A DNA stretch of 64,000 nt from an uncultured Methanosarcinales archaeon (GTDB lineage Archaea; Nanobdellota; Nanobdellia; Woesearchaeales; GW2011-AR9), in contig CAYFMJ010000001.1 in the NCBI GenBank assembly GCA_964344235.1, positions 128,001-192,000 on the forward strand. The letters run 5' to 3'. The position numbers and the translations under genes are program-made. Within the stretch, counting starts at the first letter, position 1. Each line of letters starts with the position of its first letter. The notes under the pieces were generated by a model that saw only the letters and a program-made list of their open reading frames with translations, ran no database searches and had not been told where the DNA came from. This document shows positions 37,821 through 47,300 of this stretch, one piece after another.

Positions 37821-38078
37821 ATGAAAAAAACAACTGTAGCGCAAGCTATGACAAATATGCCGGAACGGAAGTTTCGGGCAGGAGCTATTTCTGCAACTGT
37901 TTGGAAGAATCAAGCAGAAAATGGAGAATATAGAACGATTTCTTTGGAAAGAAGTTACACGGATAAAGATGGTGCGTGGAAATCTACAAATTCCATGCGT
38001 TTGAATGATTTGCCGAAAGCGAAACTTGTGTTAGAAAAAGCGTACGAGTTTCTTGTACTTGCAGAGGTATCTGCATAA
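37821..38078 (+). CDS. Small conserved protein, predicted PC4/whirly-like nucleic-acid-binding fold
   Basis: PERKFRAGAISATVWKN...YRTISLERSYTDKDGAWKSTNS...DLPKA; GAGGTGA SD; directly upstream of radA. Confidence 0.75.
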   Translation: MKKTTVAQAMTNMPERKFRAGAISATVWKNQAENGEYRTISLERSYTDKDGAWKSTNSMRLNDLPKAKLVLEKAYEFLVLAEVSA

Positions 38079-38099
38079 GACTTAAAAAATGGAAGAGGT

Positions 38100-39116
38100 A
38101 TGATAAAAATGTCAGAGTTGGAATTACAAATGGAAGAATTACAAGAAGAACCAAAGATTGAGGAACCACAAGTTGAGGAGGCAAAGCCACGTATTGTGGA
38201 TTTACCGGGCGTTGGAGCGGCAACGGCGGAGAAGCTAGAAAGTGCTGGATATCATGATATGATGGCTGTAGCAGTTGCTTCTATTGGGCAATTATGTGAA
38301 ACGGCTGGTGTTTCTGAGTCAGTTGCGAGGAAGATGATTAATGCTGCTCGTGATAGCATGAAAATGGGTTTTGTGACAGGAGCAGATGTTCTAAAGAAGC
38401 GAGAGCAAGTGTTGAAATTATCTACTGGGGCTGCGAATTTTGATGAGTTAATGGGTGGCGGTTTTGAGACTGGAGCAATCACTGAATGTTTCGGAGAATT
38501 CGGTTCGGGGAAAACGCAGGTTGGTCATATTCTTGCTGTGAATACATTACACGCTGATCCGACAGCTTCTGCAGTATATATTGATACAGAGAATACCTTC
38601 CGGCCAGAGAGAATCATTCAGTTAGCAAACGGTGTGGGGGCGAATCCAGATGATATTTTAAGCCGAATCATGGTTGCTCGTGCCTATAATTCAGACCACC
38701 AAATGTTGTTAGCTGAAAAGGTTGATGGGTTAATCACAGAGCAGGGGAAGAAGATTAAATTGGTTGTTGTTGATTCCTTAACAAGTCATTTCCGAGCTGA
38801 GTTTATTGGTAGGGGTACGTTGGCAGAAAGACAGCAGAAGTTGAATAGACATATGCATGCACTGGCGAAGATTGCAGGCTCACATAATGTGTGTGTGTAC
38901 GTTACCAACCAAGTGATGGCGAAGCCGGACCAATTTTTCGGTGATCCGACTGCTTCTATTGGTGGGCATATTGTGGCGCATGCGTCGACGTTTCGAATTT
39001 ACTTGCGAAAAGGTCGGAAAGGTTCGAGAGTAGCAAAGTTAATTGACGCTCCTAATTTAGCTGATGGTGAAGCGTGCTTTATGGTTGAAGAAGGTGGGTT
39101 GAGAGATATTAATTAG
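38100..39116 (+). CDS. radA: DNA repair and recombination protein RadA
   Basis: HhH LPGVGAATAEKL, Walker A GEFGSGKTQ, YIDTENTFRPERI, VVDSLTSHFRAEF.GRG.LAERQQKL. Confidence 0.97.
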   Translation: MIKMSELELQMEELQEEPKIEEPQVEEAKPRIVDLPGVGAATAEKLESAGYHDMMAVAVASIGQLCETAGVSESVARKMINAARDSMKMGFVTGADVLKKREQVLKLSTGAANFDELMGGGFETGAITECFGEFGSGKTQVGHILAVNTLHADPTASAVYIDTENTFRPERIIQLANGVGANPDDILSRIMVARAYNSDHQMLLAEKVDGLITEQGKKIKLVVVDSLTSHFRAEFIGRGTLAERQQKLNRHMHALAKIAGSHNVCVYVTNQVMAKPDQFFGDPTASIGGHIVAHASTFRIYLRKGRKGSRVAKLIDAPNLADGEACFMVEEGGLRDIN

Positions 39117-40703
39117 TTTTATTTTTTTTACTTTTTTTCCATAGTTCGCTGAAATTTATTTTAAATGACTCGACGACCTCTTTATTTTTAAGGACAACGG
39201 TAGTTGGTTTGCTGCTGGAAGCAGTGCATAATAATACTCTGTCAGGAAATATTTCAAAATTTGTAGGAGTCGTGGTATAGGGAATAAATCGGATGTCCGC
39301 TAAAGGATTGAACTTTTCTTGTGCAGATCGTGTGGTTGTGGATTTCTTTGCTTTTAGATTGAATAGAATTTGTAAACCAACATTTTTCTCTGCTCTCTTT
39401 TTATTGTACTCTAAAAAGACTTTATCTGCTTCTTTTGATGTTGTTGAAGCGCCATAGACATAGGTCATTTCTCCTTTTGGAGTAGCCTCTAGTGCTTCTA
39501 AATATGCAACCCGCATACCCGCGACACCCTCGTATTTCTCTGTCTCTTGGTTCCAGAGGGAATCAAATTGTTTCTGAAATGATTGGGCGATAGTTTTATT
39601 GTTAATTGTGATTATTGTTGGTTCTTTCTCTTGGATGGTAATGTGGGCTTTGTCTTTCTCGATAAAAATCTCTACTGGTGATTCTTCTTGGTATGGAAGG
39701 AACTTTATGTCAGCGAATTTATTGTAGTTGTTGGGGTATTTTTGGATAATCTTTTTACTATTTTGCTCGAATAATAACTTTGCATTCACTTTTTTCTTTA
39801 TTCTATGTTTGCTTATGTTGTCAAAGAATTCTTCGTATGCTTTGGCGTATTGATTTTGAGCAACTCCTGCGCCGAGCACAGAGTAGCTTTCACCGGGCTT
39901 AAGATTATTATGGATTGAGGCAATAATTTCTTCAAACTTTTGGAACCCTTTTACGATAGCGGTATCCTGGTTCCATTGGATCTCAAACTGGACTCGAAAG
40001 GACTCTGCAACTTCTTTGCTATCGATGACAATCAGTAGTGGTTCTTTGGTCTCGGGGAAGATTATAACTCGGTTGTTAAAGATATTGACTGCTGATGGTG
40101 TTGTTTGAGGGATATATTTGATTTCTGCACGTGGGTTATTTTCTGGGAGAGATTGTGCCTCTCCTCTTGCGATCTCGTTGAAAATTGCCCTATCTTTATT
40201 CCTCTTTTGGCACGTTCTTTCCCAAACTTCACAAAAAAATTGTTTACTTGTTTTGATCTTGAAGGGATGCCAGTGACGAGCATTTCGTCTTCTCGTGACA
40301 ATAAGTCCAGCGCGTTATAGAATGCAGTCTCTAATCCACGCAGTCCTTTGTAGACTGTTGTCTCTGATTTGTATTTTGATAATGTACGTTTTAGTTCAAG
40401 TTCTGGGAGAATTTTGCTGAGCTCCTTTTCTTGCTGTTTGATTTTAGCTTCTTTTTCTTTCATGTAATCCAGTAGTCGTTTTGGGTCAGCTGCCTCAAAG
40501 TGTTTTGTTCCTCGCTTGATGACGAAGCTAGCGAGACCTTTCTGCATGAGCTTCTCGAGAATTTCATAGATTTTGGAGGAAGGCGCTTTGGATTTTTCAA
40601 CAATTGGGCCTGTTGAGGAGGAACCGAGCTCTAAGAGGGCCAAGTAGACGTTGATTTCCGATTTTGTTAGTCCGATGTCTTCAAGTATTGTTTTTAGGGC
40701 CAT
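39109..40703 (-). pseudogene. TrmB-family regulator with three tandem effector domains, frameshifted near 40190
   Basis: TrmB HTH (IGLTKSE..VYLALLELG...SKIYEILEKL..KGL). After KRGIKI a shifted frame continues RAIFNEIARGE... without a stop into the 39109-39879 ORF; the fused protein is about 531 aa. Confidence 0.8.
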
Positions 40704-40816
40704 TCCTCCCCCTTTTGGGGTAGGCAATACTTATAAGTGTTTTGTGTTGTTAGGGTAATAGGTGCGTTCTTAGGTGTTTGTAATAGTAATAATAGCGTGA
40801 GCTATGGAGAAATACA

Positions 40817-41524
40817 ATGAGATTCAGAAAAACATTAGGAAGTTTACTTATTGGGGCAGCTATGCAGTTTATGCCAAGTTACGCTTTAGCGGAAGAGCCA
40901 GTGGTGGCCGAACCAACTGAAGAAGCTGAACCGGAGCAACAAAGAGAATTGCGAGATCCATTTGGAGCAATCGAATTAATGGCAGGTGATGAATCAGCTA
41001 CACTTGATTGGAAATTATTTGTTCCCCTAAGTGAGGAGTTAACATTGTTTAACCGATTACGGAGTACTGCGGTCTATGAAGATGCGCAAAAGTCAGCAAT
41101 TAACGTAACATCATTGGGGTATAACGTTGCTGTGCCAGGGTTAGATTTGTTCGTGGAATCAGACTTGATAACTGGAAAAGGAATTGATCTACGAGCAGGA
41201 GTTCAGTACTTTGGAAAGTTTGATGACTTTAGTGTCTTCCAACTTTTCTCAATTGGTTTGCAGGGAGACCCAGATTTCAACAGTATTACAAACCTTAACT
41301 ATGCTCCATCACTGACAGAGGATGTTGGTTTGTATTTTAATATTGAAAACTTTACTAATTTTGGTTTGGATGGACATAGCTTCAGTACACAACGACTCCG
41401 CGCAGGTTTTGCATTAGAAGATGTGCAATTTGGTGTGGCAATGGATCTTTTTGAAGTTGGTGAGGATGTTGCACTTGAAGACGTTACATATAATGCTGGT
41501 GGCTTCGTTCGGGTTGGGTATTGA
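40817..41524 (+). CDS. Secreted protein with predicted transmembrane beta-barrel character
   Basis: Signal peptide ending ALA|EE, acidic linker, about 12 short amphipathic segments, C-terminus GGFVRVGY. Confidence 0.7.
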   Translation: MRFRKTLGSLLIGAAMQFMPSYALAEEPVVAEPTEEAEPEQQRELRDPFGAIELMAGDESATLDWKLFVPLSEELTLFNRLRSTAVYEDAQKSAINVTSLGYNVAVPGLDLFVESDLITGKGIDLRAGVQYFGKFDDFSVFQLFSIGLQGDPDFNSITNLNYAPSLTEDVGLYFNIENFTNFGLDGHSFSTQRLRAGFALEDVQFGVAMDLFEVGEDVALEDVTYNAGGFVRVGY

Positions 41525-41540
41525 TTTTTTCTTTTTTTTT
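41525..41540 (+). terminator. Oligo-T archaeal terminator
   Basis: TTTTTTCTTTTTTTTT immediately after the stop codon. Confidence 0.45.
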
Positions 41541-41661
41541 CCAAAACATTTATAATAAGTTTTTTCTTTTTTGTGAGTACGTGAAACATACAATACAACG
41601 AGTTGTCTTATTCTATGATTATTAGAAATAGTAGTGTTGTGGAATTTGGAGGAAATATTAA

Positions 41662-41988
41662 ATGACAGAACAAGAAGCGCCTGTACGAGAAGGCGAAGAA
41701 CATACGGTAAGTATTAGTGCAGTTGGCGAAAAGGGAGATGGAATTGCTCGCGTGAGCGGTTTTGTGCTATTTGTGGCTGGTGTGAAGAAAGGAGATTATG
41801 TAAAAATCAAGATTACGAAAGTCCTTAAGAATGTTGGATTCGCACAGGTTGTTGAGAAATTAGAACGACCCAAGAAAGAATCGAAATTTGCAACGGTAAC
41901 AGAAGATGAGTTGCAAGAGATGGAAGATGAACCCGAAAGTCAATATGAAGAAACGGATGATTTCGGTGAGGATTTAGAGGACGAATGA
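41662..41988 (+). CDS. Single-TRAM-domain RNA chaperone with acidic tail
   Basis: APVREGEE..V.I..VGEKGDGIARV.GFVLFV.G.KKGD.VKIKITKV..N.GFA. Confidence 0.9.
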   Translation: MTEQEAPVREGEEHTVSISAVGEKGDGIARVSGFVLFVAGVKKGDYVKIKITKVLKNVGFAQVVEKLERPKKESKFATVTEDELQEMEDEPESQYEETDDFGEDLEDE

Positions 41989-42290
41989 GACTTTGTATTG
42001 TAGAGGCGCAGGAGAAACCAGTTGGCCTCGATTTTGGAAGTTATGCTTGTTTTGTATACGACCAACCAGAATTTAGAGCGTTAGGAATTGATTCTGCTGT
42101 TTCTGTTTTTGGAGAGATCTATCGGGTTTGGGGTGTAAACATGACGCGTCATGGTCGAGTTACTGGGTTTAGACTACGGCCTTTACAGAGTAGTGATATT
42201 AGAACGAGAATTTATGGAGAGGATTCGCCGGATTGTGAAGCGAGAGATCTCAAAATATATTCTTTGGATCATTTATTCTCGCTTTCTTAA
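41985..42290 (+). CDS. Hypothetical protein
   Basis: ATGA overlap with the TRAM gene; no motif recognised. Confidence 0.5.
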   Translation: MRLCIVEAQEKPVGLDFGSYACFVYDQPEFRALGIDSAVSVFGEIYRVWGVNMTRHGRVTGFRLRPLQSSDIRTRIYGEDSPDCEARDLKIYSLDHLFSLS

Positions 42291-42332
42291 CAAGATTTAA
42301 ATACGTCAAGTTTCTTTTTTTGTAAGAGGTGT

Positions 42333-45300
42333 ATGATGTACGTTGCATGGTTTAAAGATTTGAATAAAGATTCTATTCCCGTAGCTGGTGGGAAAGGTGC
42401 TAATTTAGGAGAGATGTTTAATCTTGGCTTGCCCGTTCCAGGGGGATTTGCGGTTACGGCACAAACGTATAAAGAATTTATTGAGAAAACAGGTTTGAAG
42501 CAGAAGATTTCTGGTTTGTTAACGGGGTTGGATGTGAATGATACAAAGAAGTTACAGCACACTGCAACGGCTATTCAGAAAGTAATTTTAGATACTCCTT
42601 TGCCAGAAGAGATGGCGGAGGAGATTAAAGATAGTTATGAGTTGTTAGGTTCTGGAAAGGAAGCGCATTCTCTTGTTGAAGGAGAAGAAGTGTTTGTGGC
42701 AGTACGAAGTAGTGCAACAGCGGAAGATTTGCCAAATGCATCTTTTGCAGGGCAGCAAGCGACGTATTTGAATATTAAAGGAAAGGATAATGTCGTAGCA
42801 GCTGTGCATGCATGTTGGGCTTCGTTGTTTACAGCGAGAGCTATTTATTACCGGGAAAAGAATGGGTTTGATCATAGTAAAGTGTTAATTTCTGCGATTG
42901 TACAGAGAATGGTGAATTCTGAACAATCGGGTATTATGTTTACAGTGAATCCTGCAACTAACAATGCTAAGGAAGTTGTGATTGAAGCAGTCTATGGTTT
43001 AGGAGAAATGATTGTTGGTGGGCAAGTGAATCCAGATTTGTATGTGGTGAATAAGGAAAGTCGAAAGATTGAGAAGATTGAAGTTCGAAAGCAGGAGATT
43101 GGTTTATTTCGAACGGAAGATGGGAAGAATGAGAAACGGGAAGTTCCTAAAGAGTTGCAGGAGAAACAAGTGATTCACCAGAAGCATATTAGGGAATTAG
43201 CTCGGTTAGGGTTGAAGATTGAGGAACATTATGGTAAACCGCAAGATATTGAATGGGCGGTTGAGAAGGGAGAAGCGTATATTGTGCAGTCTCGAGCGGT
43301 AACAACGTTCAAAGAGCAGAAGCAGGAAGAAATTGTTGTTGTGGATGGCAAGATATTATTGAAGGGGGAGACTGCTTCTTCTGGTGTTGCAGCAGGAGCG
43401 GTTAAAGTTGTTCATGATCCATCTGAATTAGATAAAGTGGAAGAGGGAGATGTCATGGTTGCTTCAATGACAACACCCGACATGGTGCCGGCAATGCAGA
43501 GAGCGTCTGCTATTGTGACGAATGAAGGGGGGATGACTTGTTTTGGTGGTAGTACAAAAATTTTGACAACAAAAGGTTTTATGTCTATGGAAGAAGTTTG
43601 TGGCAAATTAGTGGAAGAAGAGCTGAAAGTATTCTCATTTAACCCCAAAACAATGAAAACAGAGTGGAAGAGGGCGCTTAATCCTCAGAAGAGGAAAGCT
43701 ACACTTTGGAAAGTGGCATTTTCTCAGACAGGGAGATCGCAAATAAATTCACTTAAAGTAACACCGGATCATAAAATGGTGACTTTAGAAAATAGAAAAA
43801 TAGTTGAGCGGAAACTAAAAGACCTTCTCAATAATAATGAGATGGCTTGTGTGGCAGATTTTTTGCCAGCTAATCAAAACCCTCATGTATTTGACCAACC
43901 AGATAAAGCTTATGTCTGTGGTGCAATTTTTACAGATGGTTACGTTAATTATAATGGTAAGAAGGGGTATACTACATTTATTCAGAAAGAGACTCCTGAG
44001 AAAAAACAATTTATTAATACAGTTAAAGAAAAATTTCATGGCGTTTTTGATGCAAGGATGGATTATAAGAGAGTTCGCTCAAGCGTTGGGAGAACTATAC
44101 GTGGGAAAGAGATTAGTGGTTCTGCATCCGATTTCATTAACTTTAGAGCAGCTCCTGCGAAAGAATTGGAGGAGATTAAAGGAAATATTGTTGATTGGGT
44201 GTTACACCTTAATGAAAATTCTTTAAAACAGTTCTTGGCAGGGGCGATTGATGGTGACGGGTCTTTTAATGTAACTCATGAAAGCGGAAGAATTCATATT
44301 TATGCTTCTAAAGAGTATTTAGCTCAGGGAGTTATCTTGGCTTGCTTACGGTTGGGAATTTTGCCGCAAGTTAGCAAGAATCGCGAGAAGTGTTACAATA
44401 TTCAGATTGTTGATAAAATTGATGAGCTGTTAGAACACACCACTCGTGTTAAAGGATTTTCTCGAACAAAAAAGTTAGGAACAAAATTATTGGGTGCGAA
44501 GCAAGTTTTTAGTGATATTGTTGATGAAGTTAACCCCAAAGGCAGGTTGAAACCGTATGTTGGTGGGAATTTACTTATTGATTCTCGCAAAATAGTAAGA
44601 GACATTTTACCTCTTGTGAAGAAGGACAACATTCGTGAACAATTAGAGATGATTGTCACTTCCGACTTTAGAATGCAGCGAGTTCGTTTGATCGAAGAGT
44701 TGGGGGACGATACTGTCTATAACTTTGAAGTGGAAGATAACCATACATATGTGGTTTTTACTGAAAATTATACTCCTGTTATTGTATGGAACTGTCACGC
44801 TGCGATTGTTTCGAGAGAAATGGGCGCACCATGTATTGTCGGAACGGAACATGCGACAGAAGTGTTGGAAGATGGACAGATGGTTACGGTGCATGCGACG
44901 CAAGGAGTTGTATATGCAGGGAAGTTAGAGATTAAAGGTTCTGGTAAAAAGGAGTTGAGAGATAGTTCTGATATTAAGACAAAGACGCATGTGAAAGTGA
45001 TTATGGATCTGCCTGATTTAGCTGATAGAGCTGCTAGTACTGGAGCAGATGGCGTTGGGTTGGTTAGATTAGAGATTATGATTGCCAATGGCGGTGTACA
45101 TCCAGCGGAGTATGTTAGACGTGGAAAGGTAGATGAGTATGTTGCGTTGTTGAAAGACGGTATTGGAAAAATTGCTACAGCGTTTAAAGATAAACCTGTG
45201 TGGGTTCGGTGCAGTGATTTACGAACGGATGAGTATCGGAATTTAGAAGGCGGTGATAAAGAGCCTAAAGAAACAGACCCGATGATTGGCTGGCATGCTA

Positions 45301-45848
45301 TCCGCCGCTTGTTAGATGAGCCAGAGATTTTGAAAGCAGAGTTTCAAGCTATTAGAGAATTGCATTATGCTGGACATAAGAATGTGGGAGTGATGTTGCC
45401 GTTTGTGATTACGGTTGAAGAGGTTAAGAAAGCGAAGAAAATTATGCAGGAAGTTGGGTTAGAACCGGGGAAAGCGGTAGATTTCGGTGTGATGATTGAA
45501 ACGCCTGCATCGTGTTGGATTATTGAAGAGTTGTGTAAGGAAGGAATTAGTTTTGTATCGTTTGGAACAAATGATTTGACGCAGTTAACGTTGGGAATAG
45601 ATAGGAATAATAGTAAGATTGCAGGGTTATTTGATGAGATGCACCCTGCTGTGTTGGGAGAGATGGCTAAAGTGATTAAGACGTGTAAGAAGTATGATGT
45701 GGAAACGTCGATTTGTGGTCAGGCTGGCTCGCGTCCAGAGATGGCGGAATTTTTAGTGCATCAGGGTGTTGATAGTATTAGTGCGAATGCAGATGCAGTT
45801 GAGAAGATTCGGGAAACGGTTGCTGCAACTGAGAAAAAATTGGGTTAA
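42333..45848 (+). CDS. ppsA: Phosphoenolpyruvate synthase containing an intein
   Basis: GGKGANLGE, AVRSSATAEDL..ASFAGQQ, PQDIEWA, GGMT[intein]CHAAIVSRE, E..PMIGW, SFGTNDLTQ, SICGQA. Confidence 0.96.
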   Translation: MMYVAWFKDLNKDSIPVAGGKGANLGEMFNLGLPVPGGFAVTAQTYKEFIEKTGLKQKISGLLTGLDVNDTKKLQHTATAIQKVILDTPLPEEMAEEIKDSYELLGSGKEAHSLVEGEEVFVAVRSSATAEDLPNASFAGQQATYLNIKGKDNVVAAVHACWASLFTARAIYYREKNGFDHSKVLISAIVQRMVNSEQSGIMFTVNPATNNAKEVVIEAVYGLGEMIVGGQVNPDLYVVNKESRKIEKIEVRKQEIGLFRTEDGKNEKREVPKELQEKQVIHQKHIRELARLGLKIEEHYGKPQDIEWAVEKGEAYIVQSRAVTTFKEQKQEEIVVVDGKILLKGETASSGVAAGAVKVVHDPSELDKVEEGDVMVASMTTPDMVPAMQRASAIVTNEGGMTCFGGSTKILTTKGFMSMEEVCGKLVEEELKVFSFNPKTMKTEWKRALNPQKRKATLWKVAFSQTGRSQINSLKVTPDHKMVTLENRKIVERKLKDLLNNNEMACVADFLPANQNPHVFDQPDKAYVCGAIFTDGYVNYNGKKGYTTFIQKETPEKKQFINTVKEKFHGVFDARMDYKRVRSSVGRTIRGKEISGSASDFINFRAAPAKELEEIKGNIVDWVLHLNENSLKQFLAGAIDGDGSFNVTHESGRIHIYASKEYLAQGVILACLRLGILPQVSKNREKCYNIQIVDKIDELLEHTTRVKGFSRTKKLGTKLLGAKQVFSDIVDEVNPKGRLKPYVGGNLLIDSRKIVRDILPLVKKDNIREQLEMIVTSDFRMQRVRLIEELGDDTVYNFEVEDNHTYVVFTENYTPVIVWNCHAAIVSREMGAPCIVGTEHATEVLEDGQMVTVHATQGVVYAGKLEIKGSGKKELRDSSDIKTKTHVKVIMDLPDLADRAASTGADGVGLVRLEIMIANGGVHPAEYVRRGKVDEYVALLKDGIGKIATAFKDKPVWVRCSDLRTDEYRNLEGGDKEPKETDPMIGWHAIRRLLDEPEILKAEFQAIRELHYAGHKNVGVMLPFVITVEEVKKAKKIMQEVGLEPGKAVDFGVMIETPASCWIIEELCKEGISFVSFGTNDLTQLTLGIDRNNSKIAGLFDEMHPAVLGEMAKVIKTCKKYDVETSICGQAGSRPEMAEFLVHQGVDSISANADAVEKIRETVAATEKKLG
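43539..44792 (+). mobile_element. Intein (418 aa) with LAGLIDADG homing endonuclease
   Basis: Starts CFGGSTKILT; block B VTPDHKMV; motifs CGAIFTDG and LAGAIDGDGS; ends VYNFEVEDNHTYVV...VIVWN followed by +1 Cys. Confidence 0.95.
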
Positions 45849-46243
45849 GCAGCGTCTTTGAGTTCCAATTTTTTCAGTGATTCGCCAATAAGTTGTACCA
45901 TTGCTCGGACTAACTTTATGTTGTCTTGAATGGATTTTTTTCTTGCCTTGAATTCTGTTGCAGTAATGCTATATTTTGTTTTATCTAATTTTGTAATGCC
46001 TGCTTCAATGACATTGAAAAGCTGTGTTGCAGAAGCACAGCGCTCCCGTAGCGTTTTATCGCTTGACTCATTGTATTTTGCTTGCACGTCACTTCGTAAT
46101 ATGTCTACCGCTTCGATTGCAGGTTTGAAATCCTCTTCATTTTGCTTAAAGCCGTTGAAGTCTTGTATTAACCCGCGCCATACTGTGTAGAAATCTTTAG
46201 AAATTCTATTGAATGTTTCTTTTGAACCGTAAATGATTATCAT
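45845..46243 (-). CDS. Hypothetical helical protein
   Basis: 132-aa ORF between convergent ppsA and rnp4; no motif recognised. Confidence 0.55.
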   Translation of the reverse strand: MIIIYGSKETFNRISKDFYTVWRGLIQDFNGFKQNEEDFKPAIEAVDILRSDVQAKYNESSDKTLRERCASATQLFNVIEAGITKLDKTKYSITATEFKARKKSIQDNIKLVRAMVQLIGESLKKLELKDAA

Positions 46244-46264
46244 AGTTTTCAGTGGTTGTCTTAA

Positions 46265-46585
46265 CTATTTAAGTTTTTTCGTTATGGGTATTCTTGTAAA
46301 CTTTTTACATTCGAAGCAGGAAATGATAACTTTACCATTCTGCGTGCGAACTCTGGCGTTGTTTCCAGGTTGTAAGTATTTGTAACAGTGTTTACAGTAG
46401 CGCCGTTTAAGTTCACGAGGCATGCGCATGCGTAATTTCATTGCTACCTTTCGTGCGAGGGTGACGTAGCGATTAGCAAGCGATTTATTGTTAGGAAACT
46501 GTACTGCTGCTTGTTCGAAGAGTTGTTTAATGCGTTGTTTGGCAATCTCTTTCTGTTTCCGTTTTGGGATTACGGGTTTGACCAT
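46265..46585 (-). CDS. rnp4: RNase P protein subunit Rpp21
   Basis: Start moved to ATG 46585; IAKQRI..LF..A, LA.RYV.LARK..MK, CKHC...CFEC. Confidence 0.93.
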   Translation of the reverse strand: MVKPVIPKRKQKEIAKQRIKQLFEQAAVQFPNNKSLANRYVTLARKVAMKLRMRMPRELKRRYCKHCYKYLQPGNNARVRTQNGKVIISCFECKKFTRIPITKKLK

Positions 46586-46640
46586 TGGCTGTTGTAGTAT
46601 AGGAAAGGATATAAACTTATTTCTTTTCAATACTGAAAGA

Positions 46641-46982
46641 ATGGCGAGAGGCAGACCAACAAAAAGTGTGATTCGGCAGAATGTCATTGAGATATTACAC
46701 TTTGTGGGAAAAGGGTATGGGTATGATGTTGCGAAGATTTATAATGAAATCTTTCCTCCGGTAACACAACGAAGTATTTACTATCACTTGCGGAAAGGCG
46801 TGCAGTTGGGTGAATTAGAAGTGCATGAGATTAAAGAAGAGAAAGGAAATTATTCCTGGGGGGGTGTGGTAGAGAAAATTTATTATACTCTGGGCTCAGA
46901 AGCAGAACCAAAAGGCGATGGGAAAGTGAAGGAATATTTGGAGAAAAAGAATGGTGACAGAATTTCAAAAGGAAGTCTATGA
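46641..46982 (+). CDS. Winged-helix DNA-binding protein
   Basis: Start moved to ATG 46641: MARGRP..S.IRQN..EIL...GKGYGY...K.Y..IFP.VT.RSIYYHL.KG. Confidence 0.75.
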   Translation: MARGRPTKSVIRQNVIEILHFVGKGYGYDVAKIYNEIFPPVTQRSIYYHLRKGVQLGELEVHEIKEEKGNYSWGGVVEKIYYTLGSEAEPKGDGKVKEYLEKKNGDRISKGSL

Positions 46983-47268
46983 CTTAATTTGTAGCGTACC
47001 TAAGGGTAAAGTGACGACGTACAAAGGAGTTGCCGAACAATTAGGTATTAGATCTGCGCAAGCTATTGGGCAAGCTTTGAAGTGTAATCCATATGCACCT
47101 GACGTGCCGTGTCATAGGGTGATTGCTTCTTCCGGCAGGATTGGTGGGTTTAAAGGCCAGAAAACAGGGAAAGAAGTTAATGAGAAAATTGCGCTGCTGA
47201 GGAAAGAAGGTGTTGTGGTAAAAGAAAATGGTATTGATTTAGAGAAATATGGTTTTTTCTTTTCATAG
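46951..47268 (+). CDS. ogt: Methylated-DNA-protein-cysteine methyltransferase (C-terminal domain only)
   Basis: VPKGKVTTY..VA, A.AIG.AL..NP, active-site PCHRV. Confidence 0.9.
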   Translation: MVTEFQKEVYDLICSVPKGKVTTYKGVAEQLGIRSAQAIGQALKCNPYAPDVPCHRVIASSGRIGGFKGQKTGKEVNEKIALLRKEGVVVKENGIDLEKYGFFFS

Positions 47269-47300
47269 ATCTTTTAAAGAGTTGTTGTGGTGTTAGGGAA

